Source: Candidatus Collierbacteria bacterium (GTDB lineage: Bacteria; Patescibacteriota; Microgenomatia; UBA1400; MFAQ01). Taken from it: 52,762 bases of DNA. The notes below the pieces were generated by a model. It saw only the letters and a program-made list of their open reading frames with translations, was not told the DNA's origin and ran no database searches. Shown piece by piece: positions 1 to 9,816 of the stretch (position 1 is the stretch's first letter; each line of letters starts with the position of its first letter). The stretch covers positions 1 through 52,762 of the forward strand of contig CAISER010000020.1 in NCBI GenBank assembly GCA_903884375.1, in the 5' to 3' direction. Both the position numbers and the translations under genes were made by a program.

Positions 1-585
1 CAATATTTTACTTAATGTCTCGGTCTTCATATTAAATGTCCCCCTTTCAACTTCAGGTGTGTAATCAACCCCAATTATTCGATAAACTATGGGTGCAAAC
101 CTCCATAAATATTTGTATATGCCATTTGCGTTCGGTTCGGGGCCAAAAACAAGTACTCCTTCTGAACTAATACTTTTATAAGCCAATTTAAATAATTTCA
201 TCCAATATTTTTTATCAATGTGATGTACTATTCCCGATCCTACAATCGCATCAAATTTATTTTTGCTATTCGATAAGTAGGCTACGGCATTACTTTCGAT
301 TGGAATAATTTTCCCTAAAAGTATTTGTTTTCTAAACTTTTCCTTTATTGATTCTATTGCAATCCTTGAGACATCGATGGCAGTTATTTTTCTTCCTGTT
401 TTAAGTAGATACTTTGTTAACAATCCGTCTCCGCAACCGATTTCTAATATTTCTTTATATTTGGGTTTTATATATCTTGCCACAAACCCTCTCATCGATT
501 TGTCTGTTTTATTGCTTATTTTGTCGGTTTTTATCCTTTTGTAAACGTCATCATAGTATTTTTTTTGAGTGGACAGTCCTTTCAT
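1..585 (-). CDS. Class I SAM-dependent methyltransferase (3' end runs off the window)
   Basis: Not in the ORF track because no stop lies in the window. Manual minus-strand translation from the ATG (complement of 583-585) gives MKGLSTQKKYYDDVYKRIKTDK...KEILEIGCGDGLLTKYL...ITAIDVS... A codon-by-codon walk found no in-frame stop down to base 1. EIGCGDG is the canonical SAM-binding motif I. Confidence 0.8.
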   Translation of the reverse strand, partial: MKGLSTQKKYYDDVYKRIKTDKISNKTDKSMRGFVARYIKPKYKEILEIGCGDGLLTKYLLKTGRKITAIDVSRIAIESIKEKFRKQILLGKIIPIESNAVAYLSNSKNKFDAIVGSGIVHHIDKKYWMKLFKLAYKSISSEGVLVFGPEPNANGIYKYLWRFAPIVYRIIGVDYTPEVERGTFNMKTETLSKIL

Positions 586-621
586 GTTTTGAATTATAAT
601 CTTTGTTTGATATTAATTTTT

Positions 622-1593
622 TTACTTGGACAAATTGTTGAAAACAGTTTTTATGTCAATAGTTTTTAGTTTAAATAGAGAAACTATCATACTGTGAATC
701 ATGGTAATGAGTAATAGTACAAACAACCAAAATGATCCCATTTCTGCATTAGATGTATTTTTTTCAATTAATTGAAACACTATATAAATTAATGGGATCA
801 TTGAAGCTACTAGATTTAATTTAGGAGTAACTTTATTTAAGAGCAGATATATACTCCACGTGATAATAACTGTAAATTCCCAAAAAGAAGGAAGAGATAA
901 TGAAAAAGGTTGGTAAATAACAATAAACAGAAAAGGTAATAATATGGTATAGAAGACCACTTTCTTTCGTGAAAATATTAACAGATTATGAAGGACATAT
1001 TGAACAAGGGGGAGCATGTAAAAAATTATTGGAAATAGTAATGCCATACTACTAACCATATTCTGAATTTTTAATAAGAGATATTTAAATGTGTCCGACG
1101 AAAAAAATGTTTGACGAAGAACATATTTATGTTTGCTAATTAACGTGGGTAATAGACGATCAACTTTTATATGACCTTCTTCAGAACCGGATTTAGATTC
1201 TATTTCAACTAAATAAACATTCCCCTTTGAGTTTTTGATAATTGGGAACCCAAACGGAAAGAACTGATGATCCTGAAATTGATCAGTTTTATAATTTGCC
1301 GTATAGTACCAATTTGCATTATTTTTATCTTTTAATCGAAAAACCAACGTGTCGTTGTTTATGCGTCCGAATGTCTGAAATCGTATTGCAATGATTCCTA
1401 AATTGTCATACTCAGAAATAAATTCCTGTGATATTTTCTCTCCAGTCAGAAGTTCTCTATTTCTTAATGAAGATGCATCATGTTCTTGAATCAATATCGA
1501 TGGAGATGGATCTAATTTATGTAGATATATATATGAAAATACCCCCCAATATATAATTAGGATAATATAGACAATAATTTTTGAAATTTTCAT
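622..1593 (-). CDS. Membrane protein of unknown function (signal anchor, extracytoplasmic domain, C-terminal helix bundle)
   Basis: 323 aa. N-terminal hydrophobic anchor IIVYIILIIYWGVFSYIYL, then a hydrophilic segment of about 150 aa, then several hydrophobic helices. No motif recognised. Its ATG overlaps the TGA of the upstream gene (ATGA at 1590-1593). Confidence 0.55.
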   Translation of the reverse strand: MKISKIIVYIILIIYWGVFSYIYLHKLDPSPSILIQEHDASSLRNRELLTGEKISQEFISEYDNLGIIAIRFQTFGRINNDTLVFRLKDKNNANWYYTANYKTDQFQDHQFFPFGFPIIKNSKGNVYLVEIESKSGSEEGHIKVDRLLPTLISKHKYVLRQTFFSSDTFKYLLLKIQNMVSSMALLFPIIFYMLPLVQYVLHNLLIFSRKKVVFYTILLPFLFIVIYQPFSLSLPSFWEFTVIITWSIYLLLNKVTPKLNLVASMIPLIYIVFQLIEKNTSNAEMGSFWLFVLLLITMIHSMIVSLFKLKTIDIKTVFNNLSK

Positions 1594-3773
1594 TTTTGAA
1601 TTTTATTTTTCCTTATCACCATATATATGACGTATAAAGCCATCAAAAGAAATATCGTGGCCGAAAATGGAAAGATTGTCGAGTATATTTCTTGAGGATA
1701 AAACTCAATTATATATTGGGCAGATGTAACCCCTGGGTTAGGATTAATAACCCATCCATTAACCAACTGATTGATTAATATGTGATCGAATTTTTGTTCT
1801 TTTCCATCTATATCAATAATTTTCCACCCTTGATGGAAGGTTTCGTTAAGTATCAGAATAAACTTTCCGGAAATATCAGTAATATTTATTTTGTATTTTG
1901 TGGCACTTAGAGGTGTAATTTTTATCGATGGTTCTTTTTTTGACAATGTATATGGTTTGTTTGGACCACATATTTGGCCGTTTTGTTCAAGATCTTTTGG
2001 GCACCCTACTAGCACAATCAGATTATCTAATTGTTTTTTAAGAATGTTTATGAATGAATCCGTTGAATAAATTGGAGATACCGATATGTATATCTGAGGA
2101 TAAGAATCCTTAATTTGACATATTTCCGTGATCGACCAATCTGAATCTTGAATCATTGTTGATATACATTCCGACTTTATTTTCTTTTGCGAAGTAGATA
2201 TTTGAATATTGGATTCTAATTTTGACCTAAGAAAAATATTGTTTACTCCGTAAACACCTAACATTTTTTTTGTCAAAACAATATCTTTTCCTGAATCAAT
2301 TAGGTTGTTTACAAAATTTTTTACCAAGGGGCTGCTTTTGTCACTTGTATAAATCCCCGTTGAGTATGGAGAAAAAAGTGCTTGAGTATCATAAACTTCC
2401 CAGAAATCTCCCATAAAACGAGTATCTGTCTTGGTTTTTGTCGAACCTCCGGTCGGTAATAATAAATTTATTTGATTAGAATATATATCCAGGCCATCTT
2501 CGTAACTTTCCATGGGTAGATCTAACAATCTAAGACGAAAATCTTTGCCAATAAATATGCCGTTGTTTTTATCTGACTTTGAAGTTGAGTAGATACCGTC
2601 AGAAAAGAATGGATATACAGAAAATAATAGGCAGATAATTAACGTACATAATAGTGTTTTGTTTTTTATTTGAGAAAAGGCAAGACCTATACCTGTGGAC
2701 AGTCCCAATGATGTAATAACCAAAAAACGACTACCGTCTCGTATTATCGTGGAAAATGGGATGTATGCGATTTCGGTTCGTAGTAAATATATTATCGGGG
2801 ATACCAATATCAAACACATCGAAAGGTTGTAATATCTTTGAAAATCATTTTTATCATTGACAATTGCACGGTAGATTATTAGACCGATTGGAAATAGTGA
2901 AAATAATAGTAGAGGTGATGGAAATACAATTTCGTACTGTTGGTTATATAAACTTCCCCACCCTCGAAAAGAATTCAGTAATGAGAAAACCGCAGAAAAT
3001 CTATCGACATCAAAGCTCGAAGTTGATTTGAAAGACAAATCCATATATTTCAAACTAGTTATGATCCAGGGAGCATTTGTAGCGATAACTGCTGAAAACA
3101 TGACAATCAAACCCATGAAAAACGATTTTATTTGTTTTGCGTATTCCAACTTATTAAATTGACTGAAAAATATAAATAGGTAAATTATTGGAAACCAGAC
3201 GATTGACTGTGATTGGGCAAATCCGAGTGTATATATAAAACCTAAAAATATCGCGTATTTAAATTTCCCGCTTGTAAAAAAGTTAATTGATATAAGGGCA
3301 AATAATGGTGATAAAGCCATGAATAATAGAACAAAATTCCAACCCATATTTATATAGTTAAATATCAAAGGGGAAAATAAATAACTTAACGCACCAACTA
3401 TCGATGCTGTTTTACGTTTGGTAAGCCGAAATATAAACAAGTACGAGAAATAATAAATTCCAATAATTGTTAAAAATAATGTGATTTTTTGGAAACTTTC
3501 ACCGCTTATGCCGATATCTGAGAATAAAGCAGCCAATAAATTAAATGGGTATGAATTCTTGTGAGAAGTTTGTGTTCCGGTTGGAATTTCTCTATTACTC
3601 CATATCGATGATACCGAATCGGCATAAACTTGAAGTTGTTTATTGGTATAAGGAGATGTCCAATCCCCCCCAACAATTAACCCCGGTTGCAAAAGAGGAA
3701 GAACGAATATAAAAAAAATGAGGAGAATGGGTAAAAAAAACAATAATATAATAGAAAATAAATTAGTTTTCAT
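1590..3773 (-). CDS. Large polytopic membrane protein, putative GT-C glycosyltransferase (AftD/DUF3367-like or YfhO-like architecture)
   Basis: 727 aa. N-terminal TM followed by the loop GGDWTSPYTNKQLQVYADSVSSIWSN...SYPF. Many hydrophobic helices fill the first ~400 aa. A soluble region of about 300 aa ends in FHQGWKIIDIDGKE...LVNGWVI, followed by a terminal TM anchor. This layout is typical of GT-C enzymes with a C-terminal extracytoplasmic domain. Confidence 0.5.
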   Translation of the reverse strand: MKTNLFSIILLFFLPILLIFFIFVLPLLQPGLIVGGDWTSPYTNKQLQVYADSVSSIWSNREIPTGTQTSHKNSYPFNLLAALFSDIGISGESFQKITLFLTIIGIYYFSYLFIFRLTKRKTASIVGALSYLFSPLIFNYINMGWNFVLLFMALSPLFALISINFFTSGKFKYAIFLGFIYTLGFAQSQSIVWFPIIYLFIFFSQFNKLEYAKQIKSFFMGLIVMFSAVIATNAPWIITSLKYMDLSFKSTSSFDVDRFSAVFSLLNSFRGWGSLYNQQYEIVFPSPLLLFSLFPIGLIIYRAIVNDKNDFQRYYNLSMCLILVSPIIYLLRTEIAYIPFSTIIRDGSRFLVITSLGLSTGIGLAFSQIKNKTLLCTLIICLLFSVYPFFSDGIYSTSKSDKNNGIFIGKDFRLRLLDLPMESYEDGLDIYSNQINLLLPTGGSTKTKTDTRFMGDFWEVYDTQALFSPYSTGIYTSDKSSPLVKNFVNNLIDSGKDIVLTKKMLGVYGVNNIFLRSKLESNIQISTSQKKIKSECISTMIQDSDWSITEICQIKDSYPQIYISVSPIYSTDSFINILKKQLDNLIVLVGCPKDLEQNGQICGPNKPYTLSKKEPSIKITPLSATKYKINITDISGKFILILNETFHQGWKIIDIDGKEQKFDHILINQLVNGWVINPNPGVTSAQYIIEFYPQEIYSTIFPFSATIFLLMALYVIYMVIRKNKIQK

Positions 3774-3826
3774 TCAATCATTTACTTACAAGCGTAATTT
3801 TGTTATTATTAGTGGCATTTCGAATC

Positions 3827-3835
3827 TGATAATAT
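3827..3835 (+). promoter_or_regulatory. Candidate extended -10 promoter element (TGATAATAT) for the plus-strand methyltransferase
   Basis: TGnTAATAT-like sequence in the 151-nt divergent intergenic region 3774-3924, about 90 nt upstream of the ATG at 3925. No good -35. Such matches are common in AT-rich DNA. Confidence 0.2.
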
Positions 3836-3924
3836 TCTCAAATCAGCGCATAATCTTCGCCGATGTCATATTATTACATATGTCAAAGGTAATTATTGGA
3901 GTAAAATTCTGAGTAGCAAGAAAA

Positions 3925-4679
3925 ATGAATAAATCGAAAAAATCAACATATATTTTGAAGATTCGTAATCGTAGGATTATTTTAGTGTTAGAAAAAATTT
4001 ACGACAAAATTGTTCCTAGTTTTATCAAAAATAATCGAACGTTCAACAAGTGGTTATACAAGTACTTAATCGGGTCTTGGTTTGATGTAGATTTTAAGCA
4101 AAAATATGAAAAATTTAAAACCAAAGATTGGATATATTTATATGACTCGTTATATGTTCATCGAATTAGAGACGAGGACATAACAGAAAATCAAAAAAAT
4201 TCGTTTTAAAATATCTTGAAGGTAATAGTATCGTTGATGTGGGATGTGGATTAGGATTTCTATGCAAACAGATAGTTATGAAGAATGATAAGTATAAGGT
4301 TGTTGGATGTGATTTATCTCCAGTGGCAATTAAAGATGATAATGAAAGGTTCCGTCGAATATCACGATTAAAATTTAAGGTGGAAAATATTACACAACTT
4401 AGTTTTAGAGATAAACAATTCGATACGTCCATTAGTTGTCATGTAATAGAACATGTTTTAAATTATAAAAAGGCAATCAGGGAGTTGGTTAGAATTACAA
4501 TGAAAAGACTAATAATTATCGTTCCAGAAGAGTATTATAAAAAATACTCTCCAGATTATCATATTAATTACTTTAATAGGGATAATCGGATCGAAAGTTA
4601 TTTTCCAAAAGACTTTACTGTTGTGGATACTCAACTCGTCGATGGAGATAGGTGCCTAGTTTTGGATAAAAATATTTAA
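3925..4679 (+). pseudogene. SAM-dependent methyltransferase interrupted by a frameshift at a homopolymeric A7 tract
   Basis: ORF 3925-4209 ends ...DEDITENQKNSF*. The next frame is open from 4146 and reads ...KKFVLKYLEGNSIVDVGCGLGFL...CDLS...ISCHVIEHV... (motif I and the post-I acidic residue). The only in-frame start for the downstream piece is the GTG at 4239, inside motif I. One extra A in the run at 4193-4199 would fuse both pieces into a protein of about 251 aa. Confidence 0.75.
4193..4199 (+). repeat. Homopolymeric A7 tract at the frameshift point of the methyltransferase
   Basis: Read directly: tc-aaaaaaa-ttcg at 4191-4203. Confidence 0.95.
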
Positions 4680-6877
4680 TGTTTTGACGCTTTTGGCCAA
4701 ATTCGGAATATTGAAACAGATTGTATAAAGAGAAAAAATATTATAAAAGCTATTCCCCACTTTTGATTAAGTAATTTGTAGTAAACACTATTTCCTGCCT
4801 CGAAAGAAAAATGTATATATGTGATGTAATAATATTCGATCATTGAAAGACACAAGACGACCCACTGACACCACCTTGGTAATTTTGCGATGAATAGAGT
4901 AGCCGTACCAACCAGTAAAGGAATAAGTCCGATGTTGTACCAGTTTAATCCAAGAATTGCGTAAAAACTTAAATAAAAGGCTGTGGTAATAAAAATAACG
5001 AAAAATGAAAAATAAGTAATAATTTTATTTATTTTTGATGGAAAAACAAATAAAGATATAAAAACAAAAGGGGTGAGAATAATGCTTATGGCTGGAAGTA
5101 GAGTGGTTCTAAAAGGACCATAGCTCCTAATTACCCCCTGTCTTGGGTTAGCAATAAAAACTCCCAATAAATTGTCGAGTTTTGCTGAGAGTATTTTTTG
5201 AAAATTATCAATTTGAATCGGTCTAACCATTTGCATTGTTTTGTTCGTATTTTCCCAACTACTAGAAATCATTGAAGCGATCAGTAAGCTATTCCCTGGT
5301 TCTAATCTCGACCATATTTGCCAAATGATAAAGGCAATAACTGGGAAAAAATATATTTTTGTAAGTAGGAATAATGATCTAAAGATATGCGACTTTCTAA
5401 AACATATTAATTGGAATAATGCGATTGGCGCGATATATATAAGGGCAAAGGGATGCGAAAGGAAAGCTAGAGTGGAGCTAAGAGATGCCATTACTATAAG
5501 TTTATTACTATGATCGGTTAATAGTCGATACGAATAATAAAAGAATAATAAAAGGAAAAAAAGCACCAATAATCTTACTTGGCCAAAATGACTGGCAAAA
5601 AATATCCAATGGTTGAAGGTTAAAAATATTGAGGTGATCGTGGCAATTTTTTTATTAAAAATGGAGTTTATCAGTACCCAACAACCTAATATGAAAACTG
5701 GTGAGATAACGATACTGATTATTTCAAATATGAAATGACGGTCTCCAAATATTGCTAAAAAAGGCAATGAATACAAAGATAGCAATGGTGTCCTGTCGGA
5801 AGGTTTATATCCTGTCATGATTTTCTCTGCTGCCGGATTAGTCAATGAAAGATCGTAATTCCAGACTTTTGTAACCGCGTAGGGTAGCTGAAAGTCGGTC
5901 TGATAGGCGCCGTATTGCGTGGGAAAATATATTGAGTTATCATATTTACTATCGTATTCCTCTATCAGTTTTATATCGTTATAGCCGTTAAAATTAAAGA
6001 AAAATAATAAGTTGACTAAATAAACAATCATTAACACAATAACCGTTTTGGAGTCATTGGAAATAGAAATTTTATTATTAATCAACTTGAACAATGAAAT
6101 AGTGATTAAAATACTTAACGTAATAATCATGACAATGTTTGTCTTTGTGATTAAGGATGTAATACCCAATAGGGAAAGGATCAATACACTCTTTAGCCAA
6201 ACCATTGAAAGATCGATCGGTGAAATAGAACTAACCTTCCGAAAAGTAATACCAAAACCAACAAAAATTGTGAGAGCCAGAAAAATGAGCGAGTAATAAA
6301 CGTAACATAGTGGCTCACGTTTTACGTAGAATAATTTTTGTGTAAGTCTTGTTAATAAATTATCTTGGGGTAGATAGAATGCTCTAATTTCACCTATACC
6401 AATTTTTCCATTCTCCGAACCTGGTGTTGAAAAAGAAAGTCTTAAGGTGCTGATTTTTTCTTTTTTCATTAATGCATTGGAAACAGTAACCAAACTAAAA
6501 TTATTGTCTTTGATCGTCTCGAGTGATTTCCAGGGGGTATTTGGTAGTGTTTGATATTCTACAAATATTTGTCTAGCCAGGTTATATGAAAAATATATTT
6601 CAATCTGATCGATTTTTTGGGAAGATTTGAAATAAAGAATGTTATCGCATTCTTTTTGTTTAACGACACAGTTAAATCCTGATTGGAGATTACCATCGAA
6701 TATTGATTGTGGGGTACCATTTGACGGATCATTAGGCACGTTATCTACCAGATTTAATGATTCGATAGAGCTAAAAGGAACTTGATGTCTATTTAAATTA
6801 TAAAAACTTAGTTTCGATCTTAACAATAATAGAATAACCAGAAAAGATATTAGAAAAATAATATTCTTTTTGATCAT
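4676..6877 (-). CDS. Polytopic GT-C-like membrane protein with an N-terminal discoidin-like (F5/8 type C-like) domain
   Basis: 733 aa. Signal anchor IIFLISFLVILLLL, then about 150 aa with IFDGNLQSGF...IDQIEIYFS...PWKSL...TLRLSF...GIGEIRAFY, a pattern like F5/8 type C carbohydrate-binding domains. About 500 aa of densely packed hydrophobic helices follow. Confidence 0.5.
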   Translation of the reverse strand: MIKKNIIFLISFLVILLLLRSKLSFYNLNRHQVPFSSIESLNLVDNVPNDPSNGTPQSIFDGNLQSGFNCVVKQKECDNILYFKSSQKIDQIEIYFSYNLARQIFVEYQTLPNTPWKSLETIKDNNFSLVTVSNALMKKEKISTLRLSFSTPGSENGKIGIGEIRAFYLPQDNLLTRLTQKLFYVKREPLCYVYYSLIFLALTIFVGFGITFRKVSSISPIDLSMVWLKSVLILSLLGITSLITKTNIVMIITLSILITISLFKLINNKISISNDSKTVIVLMIVYLVNLLFFFNFNGYNDIKLIEEYDSKYDNSIYFPTQYGAYQTDFQLPYAVTKVWNYDLSLTNPAAEKIMTGYKPSDRTPLLSLYSLPFLAIFGDRHFIFEIISIVISPVFILGCWVLINSIFNKKIATITSIFLTFNHWIFFASHFGQVRLLVLFFLLLFFYYSYRLLTDHSNKLIVMASLSSTLAFLSHPFALIYIAPIALFQLICFRKSHIFRSLFLLTKIYFFPVIAFIIWQIWSRLEPGNSLLIASMISSSWENTNKTMQMVRPIQIDNFQKILSAKLDNLLGVFIANPRQGVIRSYGPFRTTLLPAISIILTPFVFISLFVFPSKINKIITYFSFFVIFITTAFYLSFYAILGLNWYNIGLIPLLVGTATLFIAKLPRWCQWVVLCLSMIEYYYITYIHFSFEAGNSVYYKLLNQKWGIAFIIFFLFIQSVSIFRIWPKASKH

Positions 6878-6882
6878 TTAAA

Positions 6883-8046
6883 CTATCTTAAATCCAAATT
6901 TTTAATAATGGTTCTCTCCTGAATATTTGAGATATCTTTCCAAATAGGGACGTCTTGCAGTTTATAATTTTGGGGTTTAAGTTTCAATACCTTACATACC
7001 TCCTTGGCCATAGATTGAGTGTTACCTATGGAAACATACTTGATATAGGTTTTATATTTTTTGAAAATTAGTTTGTATACAGGTAAATTGTAGGCGACAA
7101 CTTTCATGCCACTTGCTATACCCTCGAGTATTCCTATGCCGAAGCCTTCCTCGTATGAGGGGGCTATCAGAATAGGTGTTGATTTCATCAGTTGTATTTT
7201 CTTTTCATTAGAGACATATCCAAAATAATGAAAATTGCGGTTTAATTTGAATCTTCGAAGCAAATCTTGAATTATATCCATATCCGATTTGGTACACGCC
7301 CCGATTACCCCCAACTTACATGAAGGTATGGATTGACAGATTATTTTGAGACATACCAGTGCGTCAAATATACCTTTTGTTTTGTTTAAACGACCAACAT
7401 AAAGGATATCCGTACTCATCTTATCCTTTTTATACTTTTTTCTAAAATCGGATGACACGGCTGCACCCGAAATTGAAATTCTTTCCGGTTTGAATCCTAA
7501 GTTTAGAAGTATCCCCTTTCCTTCGGAAGTTAGCACAAAAATATGATCGGCCGTTAATTTTATAATAAATAGACTAAATCTTTGAAGCACTAGTGAAGTT
7601 AAACTATAAATAAATCGATTCTTGCGTTTCCAAGGAACGGGATTTAAATGAAAAAAATTACAAAATATTTTTGTCTTTGGGTGAAATATTTTGTATATCG
7701 CCGCCGGTAGAGTGTTACAAAAGAAGTCTCCGGTTAAATATAATCCATCAACGCGACCTATCGCGGGAAACAGGAAAATTGTTTTTACGGTGCGGACTAT
7801 ATAGCTGTATAAAATCTCCAACCCACCAATAAAACCACCCATATATTGGATATGGGTATTGTCTGATGAAAAGTATTTAGCATTTTTTATCTTGGACTTC
7901 AAATCCGCATGTGTGTCCAATGGGGAAATAATTTTTAAGGAAAAGTTAAATTTTGAAACGATCTCCGTTGAAAGAACGTCGCCTCCGGATGCTATCTTCG
8001 GAGAAAGTAACTGATTAAAACAGACAAGTAACTTAATCTTTTCCAT
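6883..8046 (-). CDS. GT-B fold glycosyltransferase, family 4-like
   Basis: 387 aa. C-terminal PSYEEGFGIGILEGIASGMKVVAYN contains the E-x7-E nucleotide-sugar motif typical of GT4 enzymes. Confidence 0.8.
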   Translation of the reverse strand: MEKIKLLVCFNQLLSPKIASGGDVLSTEIVSKFNFSLKIISPLDTHADLKSKIKNAKYFSSDNTHIQYMGGFIGGLEILYSYIVRTVKTIFLFPAIGRVDGLYLTGDFFCNTLPAAIYKIFHPKTKIFCNFFHLNPVPWKRKNRFIYSLTSLVLQRFSLFIIKLTADHIFVLTSEGKGILLNLGFKPERISISGAAVSSDFRKKYKKDKMSTDILYVGRLNKTKGIFDALVCLKIICQSIPSCKLGVIGACTKSDMDIIQDLLRRFKLNRNFHYFGYVSNEKKIQLMKSTPILIAPSYEEGFGIGILEGIASGMKVVAYNLPVYKLIFKKYKTYIKYVSIGNTQSMAKEVCKVLKLKPQNYKLQDVPIWKDISNIQERTIIKNLDLR

Positions 8047-8705
8047 TAATCATCATTTTTAATTGCTTCGATATACATGCTTGTAGCTTTGTGTATCTCA
8101 AGTTCAAGTTTGTTTAAATCCGGTGTTTTTCCTTTTCTAAAACTACATTTTTGAATGCTTGAAAATCCCGTTTCTTTTAATAAATCTCTTAAATAGGGGA
8201 AGTTGTAATGCCATTTGTGATACCTGATAAATTGAATTGAAATTTTTTTAATAAGATTGGGAGTTTTATCTTTTTCATCCCCAAAAATTGCTTTATCAAA
8301 TTCTCTTGCTGAGTTTATCTTATTGGGATTATTTTTATAATTTGAAATTACCTTTTCGATATCTGGTACACTGATCCTTAATATTCCACCTTTCTCCATG
8401 ACTCTGTGACATTCCGATAATATTGACCTCGCTTCCCAGTATTCAAAATGTTCAAGAACTTGTGAACAAAAAAGGAACTTAACAGTGTTGTCTTTAAGAG
8501 GAAATTTTTTTCTGATATCAACAATTTTAATTTTTGGCCATTTCTCTTTATAACTGTTACTTAGTAGATGAATTTTTATTAATATTGATTTTAATTTTGG
8601 TAATGTTGAGATTAGTGGTAATATTCCAAAATCATAATTCAGCCACCCCGATATACCGCAAGGACCACAACCGATGTTTAGTTTTATGTGTTTACCTTTT
8701 TTCAT
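8046..8705 (-). CDS. Class I SAM-dependent methyltransferase
   Basis: 219 aa. LNIGCGPCGISGW (motif I), FCSQVLEHF, GGILRISVPD; the layout resembles Methyltransf_11/23. Confidence 0.75.
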   Translation of the reverse strand: MKKGKHIKLNIGCGPCGISGWLNYDFGILPLISTLPKLKSILIKIHLLSNSYKEKWPKIKIVDIRKKFPLKDNTVKFLFCSQVLEHFEYWEARSILSECHRVMEKGGILRISVPDIEKVISNYKNNPNKINSAREFDKAIFGDEKDKTPNLIKKISIQFIRYHKWHYNFPYLRDLLKETGFSSIQKCSFRKGKTPDLNKLELEIHKATSMYIEAIKNDD

Positions 8706-8721
8706 ATTAAATATATTTTTA

Positions 8722-9741
8722 TTATTTAAATCCGGGGTCGAAATCTATCTTTCCTAACGTTTTCGAATTAAATTTTAATTTAAATATTTCAGTGAGCTTC
8801 CTAAGGACCGTCCTTGGCGTTAATAACGACATTAAAGTGAAAAATAAAAATTTGTAATTAAAAATATTTATCCATCTATATTTGATCAGTGAGCTAATCT
8901 CTCTTAATAATTGTCTTGTTGTACCAAAATTTTTTATTTGAATTAATCCTACATAATTTGTGGCGATAAAATTTCTTAAAATATACTCTCTCATTCTTTT
9001 ATATCTTTTTTCCGGAAATTCCGTATACAAGGTGTTTTTCCACACTTCCATGGGAGAGTTTCGATAGACGTTGGGATTCGTTGAACCGTTACTACCGATC
9101 CTTACTCCAAGAATATAATCTTTAAGAATGACTGCCTTATGGTCTTTCAGAGCTTTCATAACGGCGGAGGCCATTTCAACAAATGGCTGGTTATTGAATG
9201 AAAAATTCAACAGATCTTTTCGAAAGGAAACTCCGGACATCTGATCAGATAGAGCCATCACATCGATGATCTTGTTAAAAGATGATCGTATGCTTACGAC
9301 CATATCTTTATCAAAATGTCTTGTTACTCTGACCGGACGTAAATCGTTCCCAATAAACCAGAAGTATGGGCGGATAACAACCCCAACATTTTTTGAAGTA
9401 TTAAATGCGTTAATGATTTTCTTCAATGCATATTTATCAAAGAGATCGTCTCCCGCCAAAAATACGATTATTTTCCCTACCGCCTTGTCTTTACATTTCT
9501 CAAGATTTTTTCCACAACCGATATTTTTTTTATTTTTGTATAGCCGGATCCTTGAGTCCTTGAAACTCTTGATCTTTTTAATGGTGTTATCTTTTGAGGC
9601 GTCGTCGACGATAACTATTTCAAAATCACGGATGCTCTGGTTAGCTAATGATCTTAAGGTGGAAACAATGGTGTTTCCGGAGTTATACGTCGGAATACAT
9701 ACACTGATCAAAACCTTTTTTTTACTAGATTTTCTGTTCAT
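8722..9741 (-). CDS. GT-A fold glycosyltransferase, family 2
   Basis: 339 aa. ISVCIPTYNSGNTIVSTLRSLANQSIRDFEIVIVDDASKDNT and LAGDDL (DxD-type) are classic GT2 N-terminal signatures. Confidence 0.85.
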   Translation of the reverse strand: MNRKSSKKKVLISVCIPTYNSGNTIVSTLRSLANQSIRDFEIVIVDDASKDNTIKKIKSFKDSRIRLYKNKKNIGCGKNLEKCKDKAVGKIIVFLAGDDLFDKYALKKIINAFNTSKNVGVVIRPYFWFIGNDLRPVRVTRHFDKDMVVSIRSSFNKIIDVMALSDQMSGVSFRKDLLNFSFNNQPFVEMASAVMKALKDHKAVILKDYILGVRIGSNGSTNPNVYRNSPMEVWKNTLYTEFPEKRYKRMREYILRNFIATNYVGLIQIKNFGTTRQLLREISSLIKYRWINIFNYKFLFFTLMSLLTPRTVLRKLTEIFKLKFNSKTLGKIDFDPGFK

Positions 9742-9762
9742 TAATTGGTCAGTATTAATTTA

Positions 9763-9792
9763 TTGATGCTATCACAAAATCAAGAGTATAAG
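9763..9792 (+). promoter_or_regulatory. Candidate sigma70-type promoter (TTGATG-N18-TATAAG) for the epimerase/transketolase operon
   Basis: Hexamers at 9763-9768 and 9787-9792 in the 75-nt divergent intergenic region, 24 nt upstream of the ATG at 9817. Weak evidence in AT-rich DNA. Confidence 0.25.
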
Positions 9793-9816
9793 TAGTGATA
9801 AAATCTTAATACAATT

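Noticed and set aside
559-566. Other long homopolymers inside coding regions (T8 at 559-566, A8 at 3711-3718 and 3733-3740) as additional phase-variation switches
   Set aside because: These tracts are in frame and simply encode Lys-Lys or Phe-Phe in an AT-rich genome. Only the A7 at 4193-4199 coincides with an actual frame break.
586-621. Possible intrinsic terminators in the short gaps 586-621 and 40231-40280
   Set aside because: No G+C-rich stem followed by a T-tract on the transcribed (minus) strand. The gaps look like simple AT-rich spacers between co-transcribed genes.
9266-9766. 166-aa plus-strand ORF, plus similar antisense ORFs at 414-599, 5241-5513, 6048-6296, 18620-18889, 24091-24480, 26893-27129, 45207-45476 and 49220-49539
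   Set aside because: All lie entirely inside much longer opposite-strand genes that carry clear family motifs. Their translations are low-complexity or Lys/Phe/Ile-rich with no motifs. These are typical shadow ORFs in AT-rich DNA.
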